This document shows, in pieces, positions 35,676-47,041 of a stretch of DNA of 64,000 nt (position 1 is the stretch's first letter; each line of letters starts with the position of its first letter). This stretch comes from Patescibacteria group bacterium. Its GTDB lineage: Bacteria > Patescibacteriota > Patescibacteriia > Magasanikbacterales > GWA2-37-8. A program made the translations under genes and the position numbers. The stretch covers positions 9,371-73,370 of the forward strand of contig JAQWDH010000003.1 in assembly GCA_028705565.1 (NCBI GenBank). The letters run 5' to 3'. The notes below the pieces were generated by a model. It made no database searches. It saw only the letters and a list, made by a program, of their open reading frames with translations, and had not been told where the DNA came from.

Positions 35676-38654
35676 TTACGCTTTATAATCGCAAATATCT
35701 TTAAAGTCGCATTTTTCGCATGCGTATTTTTCAGGTGCCGGAGCAAAGTCGCGCGAGATTATTTTTTCTATCGTTTTTACCATTTTTTCTTCCAATTTGT
35801 CAATTTCTTTTTTTTCGCCCAAAAAAGAAGTTTTTATATTATCATTAAGATAAAAATACGTAAGAAGCCCCACTTCCCCGATGTTTTTATATTCCGGAAG
35901 TTGCGAAACCGCCAACTGATAAATTAAAAGCTGATTTTTATCGTCGCCTTTTATATCTTCCTTGCTTTTGCCGGTTTTGTAATCAATAATTTCCAATCGT
36001 CCGTCCGACATTTGGTCAACGCGATCTATCCTGCCGCGCAAAAGATGCTGCCCTATTTTTATTTTAAACCAACCCTCCAACGCCACGGGCAAAGACCATT
36101 TTTTGTCGTTTGTTTTATAAAATTCGCGCAAAATTTTCTTTCCTTCCGCGTAATAATCCTCCCTTTGTTTTTTATCCGCGTACCAATCGTCGATCCAACA
36201 TTCATCGTAAATTTTATACAATTCATCCAATTCAGGGGCTTTGATATTTTTATTTTCGGAAGGTTTGGACGGTTCATTAAAAAACGTTTCTTGCCGAGCT
36301 GAGTTTATTTCCAATAATCGTTCATAAAATTTTTGAAAAACCGAGTGCATTGTTTGTCCGAAACTGAACATCGGATTGCCGCAGACAGGCAATTTTAACA
36401 CGCTCGCTAATTTATATTGGTAAGGGCAAACCTCGTACGATTTTATTTGCGAAAAAGAAAACACTTTCGGAATTTCATACGTGGTATCATTTTTTACTTC
36501 TGATGCCGATTCTGCCTTTTCGGCTGAATTGAAATTTGAAATTATTTTTTCGGTTTTTACGATTTTGAGAGATTTTTTATCGCCGAGGTTTTCTTCAATA
36601 TATCCTGATTCCGCCAAAAAACGACTTGCTTTTTTGCCGCGCGTTCCGCCGTAATCATCAGCGCCAGCAAGATACAGCTTTTCTTTTGCTCGCGTCAAAG
36701 CCACATAAAAAAGTCTTCTTTCTTCCTGATAATGACTGTCGCCTTCCGGTAATTGTTCTTTTACGAGCGCGGATGGAATTTCTATGGCTTCGCCGCGTTT
36801 TCTGGAAGGAAATCTTTCCTCAACCAAATTCACTATAAAAACATATTTAAACTCCAACCCCTTCGCCATATGAATCGTTAAAATATTCACGGAATCAGGC
36901 GTCTCTTCCGGTTGTTTTATTATTCCCAAATCGCCCGAGTCTATCACAAATTTAAAATGTTCTAAAAAATCGCTTACTTTCGCGTCAGGTGTTATTTTTT
37001 CATAATCGGCTATATAATCAAAAAATTGTTTAAGATGGTGAATTTGCCGTATGATTCCCCTCTCTCCGGATTCTTCCCCTTTTGCCAAATATTTCAAATA
37101 CCCGCTCTGTTCAAAAAAACCGTATAAAACAGCGGTTGGTTTTTCCTGCCGAGCCGCGCGCATACCATCATGGATTATATTTACGATTTTTTCGCAAACA
37201 GCGATTCCATTTTTTGACAACGCGATTTCCCGAGCGCGTTTAAGAGCCTCATAATAAGTTATGGATTTTTTTTTGGCGAAAAAAGAGAATTTTTGCGTGT
37301 CATTTTCCGAAAATTCAAATGTCAGCAGACGCAAAAGCCGAAAAATCGCCGATGACTCGTGGTAATTGTCAACGGCTTTTAAAAAATTTAAACAATCTAA
37401 AATAATCGGCTGGCGATAAAGTCCTGACGCTGCCAAAAATTCATAAGGGATGCCGCGTCTTTCCAGCGCCGATACGAACGGGTCCGCGTGATTGTTGGCG
37501 CGCGTCAAAATAGCAAAGTCATCCCAAACAGCGTCTTTGTTTTTTTTCTTTAAATTAATGATTTCGCCCACAACCGCGTTGACTTCCGCATCCAAAGTAG
37601 TTGAATGGATATATTTTACGCTTTCTTTGAGATTTTCCAACGTTGATGATAATTTTTTATTTATTTTTAATTTTATTTCCAATCTGTCAGGATTGTTGTT
37701 TTGTATTGATTTGTAAGCGACATCCAAAATTTCCTGTTGTGAACGATAATTTTTCGTCAAAACGATTTCTTTGGTTTTTGGAAAATCATCTTTAAACCGC
37801 AAGATATTGGAAACTGAAGCCCCTCTGAAAGCGTATATGCTTTGGTCGTCGTCTCCGACAACGGTAATTCGCGTTATTTCGTTTTTGGCAAGCAATCTCA
37901 CGAGTGAATATTGCGCCCAATTTACGTCTTGAAATTCATCAACCAAAATAAATTTATACCTTTCCGTTAATTTTTTTAAAATTCCGGGACGTTTTTCCAA
38001 AAGTTTGTTCGCGTAATAGATAAGGTCGCCAAAATCCAAAGCGTTATTTTCCAAAAGCAATTGATTGTAAGCGTGATAAGCATTGGATATTTCAGTTAAA
38101 CGAGTTTTTTCGTCAATATCTGCGTTGTCTTTGTCCAATTTAACATTTTCCGCGTGTTTCAAATAATCCTCGGGTGAAATCAATTCGTCTTTGCATTTGG
38201 AAAAATGTTTTATAAGTTCGTGGACATGGCGCGTCGGGTTTCCGAGCGGACGATAATAATCCAAGTTGAATTTTTCCAAATTATCGCGCGCTATAATCCA
38301 TGCGTCCGATTGGCCGAGTATTTTAAACTGATTCGGCAAACCGATGTCCAGACCGTAATTTTCCAATATTTTTTGGCAAAAAGAATGAAAAGTGGAAATT
38401 TGCAAGTCAACATATCCGATATTGAGAATTTCATCCGTTCTTTCAATCATCTCTCTTGCGGCTTTTTCGTTGAAAGTCAATGCCAAAATTTCTTCAGGTT
38501 TTGCGAGTCCTTTGTCAATCAGGTATTTTATTTTTTGCGTAATTACCGTTGTCTTGCCTGTGCCGGCGCCCGCGACGATCAAAAGCGGACCGTCAGAATA
38601 TTCAACGGCCTGCCTTTGTTCTATATTCAAGTTGTCCGATAATGAGTTTGGCAT
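35676..38654 (-). CDS. UvrD/PcrA-like superfamily-1 helicase fused to a C-terminal PD-(D/E)xK (RecB/Cas4-like) nuclease domain with a Cys cluster
   Basis: N-terminal ..VAGAGTGKTTVITQK.. Walker A and UvrD motifs. C-terminal ..CPYQY..IDRVD..IIDYKTGK..YACEKCDFKDICDY (nuclease active site plus a 4-Cys Fe-S-type cluster). Confidence 0.75.
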   Translation of the reverse strand: MPNSLSDNLNIEQRQAVEYSDGPLLIVAGAGTGKTTVITQKIKYLIDKGLAKPEEILALTFNEKAAREMIERTDEILNIGYVDLQISTFHSFCQKILENYGLDIGLPNQFKILGQSDAWIIARDNLEKFNLDYYRPLGNPTRHVHELIKHFSKCKDELISPEDYLKHAENVKLDKDNADIDEKTRLTEISNAYHAYNQLLLENNALDFGDLIYYANKLLEKRPGILKKLTERYKFILVDEFQDVNWAQYSLVRLLAKNEITRITVVGDDDQSIYAFRGASVSNILRFKDDFPKTKEIVLTKNYRSQQEILDVAYKSIQNNNPDRLEIKLKINKKLSSTLENLKESVKYIHSTTLDAEVNAVVGEIINLKKKNKDAVWDDFAILTRANNHADPFVSALERRGIPYEFLAASGLYRQPIILDCLNFLKAVDNYHESSAIFRLLRLLTFEFSENDTQKFSFFAKKKSITYYEALKRAREIALSKNGIAVCEKIVNIIHDGMRAARQEKPTAVLYGFFEQSGYLKYLAKGEESGERGIIRQIHHLKQFFDYIADYEKITPDAKVSDFLEHFKFVIDSGDLGIIKQPEETPDSVNILTIHMAKGLEFKYVFIVNLVEERFPSRKRGEAIEIPSALVKEQLPEGDSHYQEERRLFYVALTRAKEKLYLAGADDYGGTRGKKASRFLAESGYIEENLGDKKSLKIVKTEKIISNFNSAEKAESASEVKNDTTYEIPKVFSFSQIKSYEVCPYQYKLASVLKLPVCGNPMFSFGQTMHSVFQKFYERLLEINSARQETFFNEPSKPSENKNIKAPELDELYKIYDECWIDDWYADKKQREDYYAEGKKILREFYKTNDKKWSLPVALEGWFKIKIGQHLLRGRIDRVDQMSDGRLEIIDYKTGKSKEDIKGDDKNQLLIYQLAVSQLPEYKNIGEVGLLTYFYLNDNIKTSFLGEKKEIDKLEEKMVKTIEKIISRDFAPAPEKYACEKCDFKDICDYKA

Positions 38655-38705
38655 ACATATAATTTTATGCTAAATCGCTCGTGAAAGCAAGAAAGGGAAA
38701 AACGG

Positions 38706-38753
38706 GGTGTAAAAAAATTTTAATTTAAATAAGGAAACGTTTTACGTTTCCTT
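38706..38753 (-). terminator. rho-independent terminator of the atp operon
   Basis: Perfect hairpin AAGGAAACG-tttta-CGTTTCCTT, followed on the minus strand by a long T-run. Confidence 0.7.
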
Positions 38754-38814
38754 ATGTTGGTTAAATTGTTAACCGGACAAAGATTCCTCATTACATTCGG
38801 AACAACAATAGACA

Positions 38815-39249
38815 TTATCTATTGACCATCGGCGGAAGTTTTCTGTATTTTTTGGCGATTTTTACGCGATTTACGGCTCTTTCAAGTTGCGCCTGCAAAG
38901 CCGCGTAATCAATGCCTTCAACATTGCGCGCTTCTTTCATCGCTTTTTCAGCTCTTTCGCGCGCCGCCTCGGCTCTTTCAATATCAATATGCTCCGCGTA
39001 TTCGGCAGTATCAGCCAAAATAATCAGCGTATTATCCGGACGCATTTCAGCGAACCCCCCGGAAATCGCTAAAAATTTTTCTTCTCCGTCTTTTTTATAT
39101 CTTAATTCACCAGGTTGTAAAACCGTTATCAAAGGAATATGTCCGGGAAGAATCGTAATCTCGCCGTCTCGCGTCATCATTGTTATTTGTTCGGCTTCTT
39201 CGGAAAATATTTCCCGTTCCGGAGTAATAATTTTAAATTTAATTTTCAT
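38815..39249 (-). CDS. atpC: F1 ATP synthase subunit epsilon
   Basis: ..ITPEREIFSEEAEQITMMTRDGEITILPGHIPLITVL.. beta-sandwich plus C-terminal helices. Last gene of the atp operon. Confidence 0.8.
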   Translation of the reverse strand: MKIKFKIITPEREIFSEEAEQITMMTRDGEITILPGHIPLITVLQPGELRYKKDGEEKFLAISGGFAEMRPDNTLIILADTAEYAEHIDIERAEAARERAEKAMKEARNVEGIDYAALQAQLERAVNRVKIAKKYRKLPPMVNR

Positions 39250-39251
39250 AA

Positions 39252-40643
<1,392 letters not shown>

Positions 40644-40683
40644 TTAATGAATATTTTATTTTTAAAATTGAATAATGATTTAA

Positions 40684-41580
40684 TTATCCTAAAGCCGCGA
40701 CACCGCCGACAATTTCGGAAATTTCCTGCGTGATGCCGGCCTGTCTCGCTTTGTTAAAATTATAATTCAGTTCTTTAATCATATCTTCTGCCGCGTCAGA
40801 CGCGTTTCTCATCGCCATCATTCGCGCGCTGTGTTCGGAAGCGTCCGATTCCAAAATGGTTTGGTAAATTTGCATTTCAACCAAACGCGGCAAAAGCATT
40901 GATAATACTTCGGCCGGTTTTGGTTCAAATTTGAATTCAAAATTATATTTTTTTTCTTCTTTTTCCTCCCCTATCTTTCCTAAAAGCTCATCTTCTTTTT
41001 CCAAAGGTAATATCTGTTTAACGCGAGGAATCTGTTTGATGGCTGAAACAAAATCCGTGTACGCAACCGCGACTTTATCGTATTTTCCATTCATATATTC
41101 CGCAATAATCATTCTAGCCATAGGTAAAATTTCTTCCATCTTTGTTGTGATGTCTATTTTTTCAAATTCCGCGGCAATTGGATGTTTAAAATATGAAAAA
41201 ATTTTTCTTCCTCTTTTGCCGAGAAGTATAATATCTGTTTCAGTTCCTGTTTTTTTCTTTTCCTCAATTATATAATCATTAGTTTCCTGCAAAAGCCTGC
41301 TCGTGAAGCCGCCGGAAAGTCCGCGGTTGCTTGTAATAAAAATCACTGCCACTTTTTTAATCGGTCTTTTTGTTAAAATCGGATGTAAAGCGGCGTTGGT
41401 TTTTTTTGCCACGTCAACAAGCATCGCCCAAGCCAAGTTGGCATAACCGCGAGTCGCTAAAACATTAGCGACCGCTTTTCGCATTTTCACCGCTGAAATC
41501 ATTTCCATGGCTTTGGTTATTTTTTTCGTGTTGCCGACGGATTTTATTCTGCGTTTTATGGCTTTGGTGTTTACTCCCAT
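40684..41580 (-). CDS. atpG: F1 ATP synthase subunit gamma
   Basis: Conserved N- and C-terminal helices (..IKRRIKSVGNTKKITKAMEMISAVKMRKA.. / ..ITQEISEIVGGVAAL). Confidence 0.85.
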   Translation of the reverse strand: MGVNTKAIKRRIKSVGNTKKITKAMEMISAVKMRKAVANVLATRGYANLAWAMLVDVAKKTNAALHPILTKRPIKKVAVIFITSNRGLSGGFTSRLLQETNDYIIEEKKKTGTETDIILLGKRGRKIFSYFKHPIAAEFEKIDITTKMEEILPMARMIIAEYMNGKYDKVAVAYTDFVSAIKQIPRVKQILPLEKEDELLGKIGEEKEEKKYNFEFKFEPKPAEVLSMLLPRLVEMQIYQTILESDASEHSARMMAMRNASDAAEDMIKELNYNFNKARQAGITQEISEIVGGVAALG

Positions 41581-41585
41581 ACTCT

Positions 41586-43076
41586 TTATTGCTTTTTAAA
41601 TTCTTCAACCGCTTCTTTTAATTCTTTTACAACATCTTCGTTCCATTCTCCATTTGAAATTTTTTCAAGCAATGTTTGCTTGCTCGCGTTCATAAAATTA
41701 TGGAACTTTTTTTCCCACGCTTGAATATTTTTTACTTCAACATCATTGGCGAGGCCGTTTGTAACAGCGTAAATTATCGCGACTTGATTCGCGATGGGCA
41801 TCGGTTCGTATTGCGGCTGTTTCAAAATTTCAACCAACCGTTGTCCCAAATCAATCTGTTTTTTCGTTTCAGGGTCAAGATCGCTCGCGAATTGAGCGAA
41901 CGCTTCCAGCTCGCGGAATTGCGCCATACCGAGTTTTATTTTACCGGCGACTTTTTTCATCGGTTTTACTTGCGCGTCAGAACCTACGCGAGATACTGAA
42001 ATACCAACATTTAAAGCCGGACGGATGCCGCGATAAAATAAGTCGCTTTCCAAAAATATCTGCCCGTCGGTAATGGAAATTACATTGGTGGGAATGTACG
42101 CGGTTACATCTCCGGCTTGCGTTTCAATGATTGGCAATGCCGTGATTGAACCGCCTCCGGCTTCTTGATTTCTTCGGCAAGCGCGCTCAAGCAAACGAGA
42201 ATGCAAGTAGAAAACATCTCCAGGATAAGCTTCTCGTCCTGGCGGGCGGCGCAAAAGCAAAGAAACTTCGCGGTAAGCCCATGCTTGTTTGGATAAATCG
42301 TCATAAACGCACAGAACATCTTTGCCTTGGTCCATAAAATATTCGGCCATGGCCACACCAGCGTATGGGGCGATATAAAGCAAAGAAGCGGGGTCGGACG
42401 CGCTTGCGGAAACAACAATCGTGTAATCCATTGCGCCGGTTTCTTTTAATTTTGCGACAATTCTCGCCACTTTTGATTGTTTTTGTCCGATTGCAACATA
42501 AACGCAAATCATATCCTTGCCTTTTTGATTGATAATCGTATCAATCGCGATTGCTGTTTTTCCGGTTTGTCTATCACCGATGATAAGTTCGCGCTGACCG
42601 CGTCCGATTGGAATCATTGAATCAATCGCTTTAATTCCTGTTTGCACCGGTTGGCTCACTCGTTCTCTTTTCATAACTCCGGCTGCGATTTTTTCAATCG
42701 GATAAAATTTTTCACTATGAATTTCCGCGCCTCCGTCTATGGTCTGTCCGAGAGGGTTCACTACGCGTCCGATTAGATTTTCTCCAACAGGCACTGATAA
42801 AATTCTGCCAGTGCGTTTTACAGTGTCCCCTTCTTTAATATGCCTTGATTCACCCAAAAGAACGACGCCAACGGTCTCTTCTTCAAGGTTCAAAGCGACT
42901 CCGAAAGTTCCTCCGGGAAATTCAAGCATCTCGTTCGCTTGGCATTTAATAAGACCTCCAACGCGCGCGATGTTGTCGCCGACTTCAACCACGGAACCGA
43001 TTTCTTCGGTTTCGGTTTGTTTCTCAAAAGCGGCGATGTTTTTTCTTAATTCTTCTACAATGGAATTTACGGACAT
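41586..43076 (-). CDS. atpA: F1 ATP synthase subunit alpha
   Basis: P-loop [11 protein letters not shown]; typical alpha N-terminal barrel and C-terminal domain. Confidence 0.9.
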   Translation of the reverse strand: MSVNSIVEELRKNIAAFEKQTETEEIGSVVEVGDNIARVGGLIKCQANEMLEFPGGTFGVALNLEEETVGVVLLGESRHIKEGDTVKRTGRILSVPVGENLIGRVVNPLGQTIDGGAEIHSEKFYPIEKIAAGVMKRERVSQPVQTGIKAIDSMIPIGRGQRELIIGDRQTGKTAIAIDTIINQKGKDMICVYVAIGQKQSKVARIVAKLKETGAMDYTIVVSASASDPASLLYIAPYAGVAMAEYFMDQGKDVLCVYDDLSKQAWAYREVSLLLRRPPGREAYPGDVFYLHSRLLERACRRNQEAGGGSITALPIIETQAGDVTAYIPTNVISITDGQIFLESDLFYRGIRPALNVGISVSRVGSDAQVKPMKKVAGKIKLGMAQFRELEAFAQFASDLDPETKKQIDLGQRLVEILKQPQYEPMPIANQVAIIYAVTNGLANDVEVKNIQAWEKKFHNFMNASKQTLLEKISNGEWNEDVVKELKEAVEEFKKQ

Positions 43077-43103
43077 ATGGTGATAATTTTTAAATTTATA
43101 ATT

Positions 43104-43493
43104 CTATTTTATTAATCTTTGTTTTAAATTATTTAATTGTGTTTTTACGCTCGCGTCAAAAATCTTGTCTTCCGTTTTTACTATAAATCCGCCTAATAAA
43201 TTTTCGTCAACTTCCTTCGTGATTTCAACTTTTTTGCTGAACGCCTTGCCTATTTTTTCCGCCAAATCATCGCTGATTTTTCGCGCGGAAATTATTTTAA
43301 TTTCTAAAATCCCCTCTTGTTTTTTCGCGTATTTTTTAAATTCTTCAATGATTTTTTCCGCTTGTTTTAATTTGCGGGCGCGCGCCAAAATCAAAACAAA
43401 ATTGCCAAGTATTTTCTCCAAATCTTTTCCTTTCAGCCCTTTCGCGGCTTTATAAAGCGCCTTGGAATAAGTTTTATTGGAATTTTTTTTCAT
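43104..43493 (-). CDS. atpH: F1 ATP synthase subunit delta (short form)
   Basis: Positioned between atpF and atpA; OSCP-like helical protein of 129 aa. Confidence 0.6.
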   Translation of the reverse strand: MKKNSNKTYSKALYKAAKGLKGKDLEKILGNFVLILARARKLKQAEKIIEEFKKYAKKQEGILEIKIISARKISDDLAEKIGKAFSKKVEITKEVDENLLGGFIVKTEDKIFDASVKTQLNNLKQRLIK

Positions 43494-43513
43494 AAAAAAC
43501 CGTTTTCGCGAAA

Positions 43514-44092
43514 TTAATCTTTTACGCCTTTTAACGCGTTTTCAATCAATTCTTTGTCCTTTTTTAAATCTATTTTTTCGTTTAAAATTTTTTCCAACGC
43601 CAATATCATCAAATCGGCTGTTTCTTTTTTTAATCCGAGCATTACTTCTTCTTTTTCAATTTGTATATTGCGCCTTGCTTGTTCAACAACTCCTTCAATT
43701 TCTTTTTTAGCTTTAGCTTTTAAAACATCCGCCGTTTGGCTCGCTTCGCAATTGGCTTTTTCCATAATTTTATTCGCTTCCACTTTTGCCATGTCTATTT
43801 TTTCTTGATACGATTTTTCGCTTTTGGATAAATTTTCATCTATTTTTTTTGAATTCGCGATGCTATCGTCAATCATTTTTTGCCTTTCAGCCATTTTTTT
43901 TGTTATCGGTTTTAAAATTAAAAACCACAAAATTGCCGAAACAACGGCGAAATTCACCAATTGCGCCAAAAACATTGAACCATTTATGCCCAAACCGGTC
44001 AAAACGCTTTCATTCGCGATAGATGCCAATTCCCCCGAAACTTCGGCGGACTCTTCGCTTGCAAGCGCCATATCTATTAAATTCAAGAACAT
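43514..44092 (-). CDS. atpF: Fo ATP synthase subunit b
   Basis: N-terminal TM followed by a long charged coiled coil; conserved operon position. Confidence 0.7.
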   Translation of the reverse strand: MFLNLIDMALASEESAEVSGELASIANESVLTGLGINGSMFLAQLVNFAVVSAILWFLILKPITKKMAERQKMIDDSIANSKKIDENLSKSEKSYQEKIDMAKVEANKIMEKANCEASQTADVLKAKAKKEIEGVVEQARRNIQIEKEEVMLGLKKETADLMILALEKILNEKIDLKKDKELIENALKGVKD

Positions 44093-44167
44093 AAAATTTT
44101 ATTTTAATTTTTTATAATACGGTTTTATTTAGACGCGCCACGCAAACGCGTGACGCGGCCGATAAAA

Positions 44168-44389
44168 CTATTTTAAAGTGAATACGACAACCAAAGCGTA
44201 AATGGCAATGGCCTCCGCGAAAGCCGCGCCCAAAAGCATAGGCACGAAAATTTTACCGGATGCCTCCGGATTGCGTCCGATGGCTTCCAAGGCCTTGGCG
44301 ACCAAACGGCCGATACCGAACGCCGGCCCGATGCCGCCGATGGCTATTGCGAACGCCTTGGCTAAAACCAACACTGATGCGTGTTCCAT
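44168..44389 (-). CDS. atpE: Fo ATP synthase subunit c
   Basis: 73-aa two-helix proteolipid with a Gly-rich helix 1 and a conserved carboxylate helix (..AFAEAIAIYALVVV..). Confidence 0.85.
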   Translation of the reverse strand: MEHASVLVLAKAFAIAIGGIGPAFGIGRLVAKALEAIGRNPEASGKIFVPMLLGAAFAEAIAIYALVVVFTLK

Positions 44390-44490
44390 ATTTTTGACCT
44401 TTCTTTATGATAATTCTTCAATTGAGTTTGTTGATTTTTTATCTCATGAAGAAATATCGGTTAATAAATTTTAAATTGTCATTCCATTGT

Positions 44491-45264
44491 CTACGTTTCT
44501 TCCCCGTGGGGTTTGGATGTCGCTACGGTCAAATAAACGAGCGTGAGCATGGAAAACACCCCGGCTTGAATCACGCCGACTAAAACTTCCAACAACATAA
44601 ACGGAGTAGGCACTAAAAAAGCCACCAAACTTATCATCACGCTCATTAAAACTTCCCCGGCAAATATATTGCCGAACAACCTTAAAGAAAGCGACAACAC
44701 CTTCGCCATTTCACTGATAATTTCTAAAAATCCGACAGCCAATTCAATAATAGCGGTAAAAATGGCAATCGGCCCTTTGCGAAAACTTTTAACAAGGGAG
44801 CCGATTTGAACAAATTTATTCAAATACGCGAAAAATCCGACAGCGAATAATCCCATAATGTGCGACAAAAATACCGATGTCAAAGCCATCGCGACGGTAA
44901 GATTCAAATCAGTGTTTGATGGCCTGAAAAGCATCTTATTGTCCCATGTGATACTGCCGATTCCGGGAAGCAGACCTATCCAATTTGATATTAAAATAAA
45001 AAAGAAGACAGAGCCAACTAGCGGTAAAAAACGCATGGTTTTTTTTCTGTCTCCTGTTACTTGGTCAAAATAATTTAAAAGTATATCCAAAAAATATTCA
45101 ATGAAATTCTGTATTTTTGACGGTTTAAGCGATACTCTTTTTTTAATGATTATTCCCAAAATCAAAAAAATTAAAATTGCAATCCACGCGTTAATCATCG
45201 TATTCGTAATCGGGAAATCGCCTAAACGAAAAATTGTGTCCGGAGCCAATGTTGGTATGTGCAT
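44491..45264 (-). CDS. atpB: Fo ATP synthase subunit a
   Basis: Polytopic protein with the conserved Arg-containing helix (..LSLSLRLFGNIFAGE..). Confidence 0.85.
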   Translation of the reverse strand: MHIPTLAPDTIFRLGDFPITNTMINAWIAILIFLILGIIIKKRVSLKPSKIQNFIEYFLDILLNYFDQVTGDRKKTMRFLPLVGSVFFFILISNWIGLLPGIGSITWDNKMLFRPSNTDLNLTVAMALTSVFLSHIMGLFAVGFFAYLNKFVQIGSLVKSFRKGPIAIFTAIIELAVGFLEIISEMAKVLSLSLRLFGNIFAGEVLMSVMISLVAFLVPTPFMLLEVLVGVIQAGVFSMLTLVYLTVATSKPHGEET

Positions 45265-45288
45265 ACCATTTTTACTGGTTTATTATCA

Positions 45289-45597
45289 TTATTTCATGTT
45301 TTGATATTCTTCACCGTATTTTTTAGCTTTGCGTTGAATGATTCTTATCGTGAGAAAAAACGCCGCCAGCAAAAACAGAACTGTAAAAAGCGGGTATTTT
45401 TCATACTTCTCGTCAAAATGTTGACCGATAAGAACAAAAATTATCGCCGGGGCCGCTATGGTAACGCCGAAATCGCCAAAAATTTTTAAAGCGAAAAAAT
45501 AATATTCCCTGTCGCTCGTTTTTTCCGGCGGTTTTTCCACCATATTAAAGTATGTTAAAGACGGCGCTATTATAATAAAAAACCTCTTGTTAGTCAA
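45289..45597 (-). CDS. small membrane protein, AtpI/AtpZ-like (first gene of the atp operon)
   Basis: Two to three TM helices; position immediately upstream of atpB. Confidence 0.4.
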   Translation of the reverse strand: MTNKRFFIIIAPSLTYFNMVEKPPEKTSDREYYFFALKIFGDFGVTIAAPAIIFVLIGQHFDEKYEKYPLFTVLFLLAAFFLTIRIIQRKAKKYGEEYQNMK

Positions 45598-45627
45598 GGG
45601 GTTTTAAAAATCAGAACTGTGAATAAT

Positions 45628-46470
45628 TCATTTTACCTTAAAAAACAGTTTTTTCGCGTTATTATATGTTTTTTCCGATATTTCAGCCACATTCATCTCT
45701 TTAATTTCCGCGATTTTTTTCGCGACTTCTTCCACCATCCACGGTTCGCATTTTTTTCCGCGATATATTTGCGGCGCGAGATACGGAGCGTCTGTTTCAA
45801 TTAAAATTTTGTCCAACGGACATTTTTTAACGACTTCCAGCAAATCAATTTGCGTTTGCGGTTCTAATTTTTTTGGAGGAAATGTGATTACGCCGGTAAA
45901 TCCGATGTTCAATCCGAGCGCCAAATATTTTTGCGCGTATTCCCAATTTCCAGTATAACAATGAACGACGCCATTAATTTTTTCATTAAAAGAATTTAAA
46001 AGTTCTATCATTTCAGGATGCGCGTCGCGCGTATGAATTACGATTGGCAGGTTCGTTTCTTTCGCGAGCCGATATTGGGCGATAAAAACTTCTTTTTGAC
46101 GGTTTAAATAACTTTTTTTGTCAATTCCTTCCGGCAAATGGTAAAGTTCCAAACCGCACTCCCCTATACCTATCGTTTTCGGATGCCAGGCGAGATTTTT
46201 ATAAAATTCGTAATTGAAATTTTCTTCACGGGTTTTAAATTTTATTTCTTCCTCGTCAACTTCCGTGGAAAACAAATGGATAGGATGCAACCCGACGGTG
46301 GCGTAAATATTATCGTATTTTTCCGCGTATTTTATCGCCCGTTCGCTCGTGTCTTTTTGCGAACCGACAACATTTAAAACAACGTCTTTTTTAATACATT
46401 TTTTTATAACTTCATCCGCGTCATCTCTAAACGCGCTAAATTGTATATGGCAATGCGTGTCAAAAAGCAT
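45628..46470 (-). CDS. tatD: TatD-family metal-dependent hydrolase/DNase (start at the internal Met MLFDTHCHIQ; the longest ORF extends to 46539)
   Basis: DTHCH motif, ..HTRDA.., and a C-terminal ..ETDAPYL.. TIM-barrel hydrolase signature. Confidence 0.8.
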   Translation of the reverse strand: MLFDTHCHIQFSAFRDDADEVIKKCIKKDVVLNVVGSQKDTSERAIKYAEKYDNIYATVGLHPIHLFSTEVDEEEIKFKTREENFNYEFYKNLAWHPKTIGIGECGLELYHLPEGIDKKSYLNRQKEVFIAQYRLAKETNLPIVIHTRDAHPEMIELLNSFNEKINGVVHCYTGNWEYAQKYLALGLNIGFTGVITFPPKKLEPQTQIDLLEVVKKCPLDKILIETDAPYLAPQIYRGKKCEPWMVEEVAKKIAEIKEMNVAEISEKTYNNAKKLFFKVK

Positions 46471-46478
46471 AAAATTTA

Positions 46479-47003
46479 TTAAATCAATCCTTGCGCCGTT
46501 CCTTGCAGCATTCTTATCGCTTCCGGCAAAAGCGGCCAAAGAATTGACGCGGTTTTTACCGTTATCGGAGCGACTTGCGATTGAGCAATATAGCTCATAA
46601 AATATTCGCTCAAAGGGAATTTGGAAATAAAATAAAAAATAATGCCTAAAACAAGAGCTCCTTCAAACAAACCGAAAATCATTCCGAGAAGTTTGTTAAT
46701 GCTTTTGATAAAAGGAAGGTTTGTAATAAAGCTTAAAATTTTATCCAAAAACCAAAAACACAATCCTATCAGGCGGTTTATTATGACAAAAGCGACTGCG
46801 AACATTATCACGCGCGCCAAATTTTCATTCCAACCGGTTATGTTGATGAGCCAATTTGCCGCCGGTTCATAATAACGGCTGGCGAAATACACTCCAAAAA
46901 CAGTTCCGACCAAAGAACCGAGCGTGTGCACCAATCCGAACCAAAGTCCGAAAAGGCCGAATCCGCCCATGATAATAAGCAGTATGGTATCAAATAGAGA
47001 CAT
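46479..47003 (-). CDS. cvpA: CvpA-family membrane protein
   Basis: 4-TM protein with N-terminal MSLFDTILLIIMGGFGLFGLWFG typical of CvpA. Confidence 0.6.
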   Translation of the reverse strand: MSLFDTILLIIMGGFGLFGLWFGLVHTLGSLVGTVFGVYFASRYYEPAANWLINITGWNENLARVIMFAVAFVIINRLIGLCFWFLDKILSFITNLPFIKSINKLLGMIFGLFEGALVLGIIFYFISKFPLSEYFMSYIAQSQVAPITVKTASILWPLLPEAIRMLQGTAQGLI

Positions 47004-47041
47004 ATAAAAAAATTTTAAAAATAAAAAATTTTCGTCTCAAA

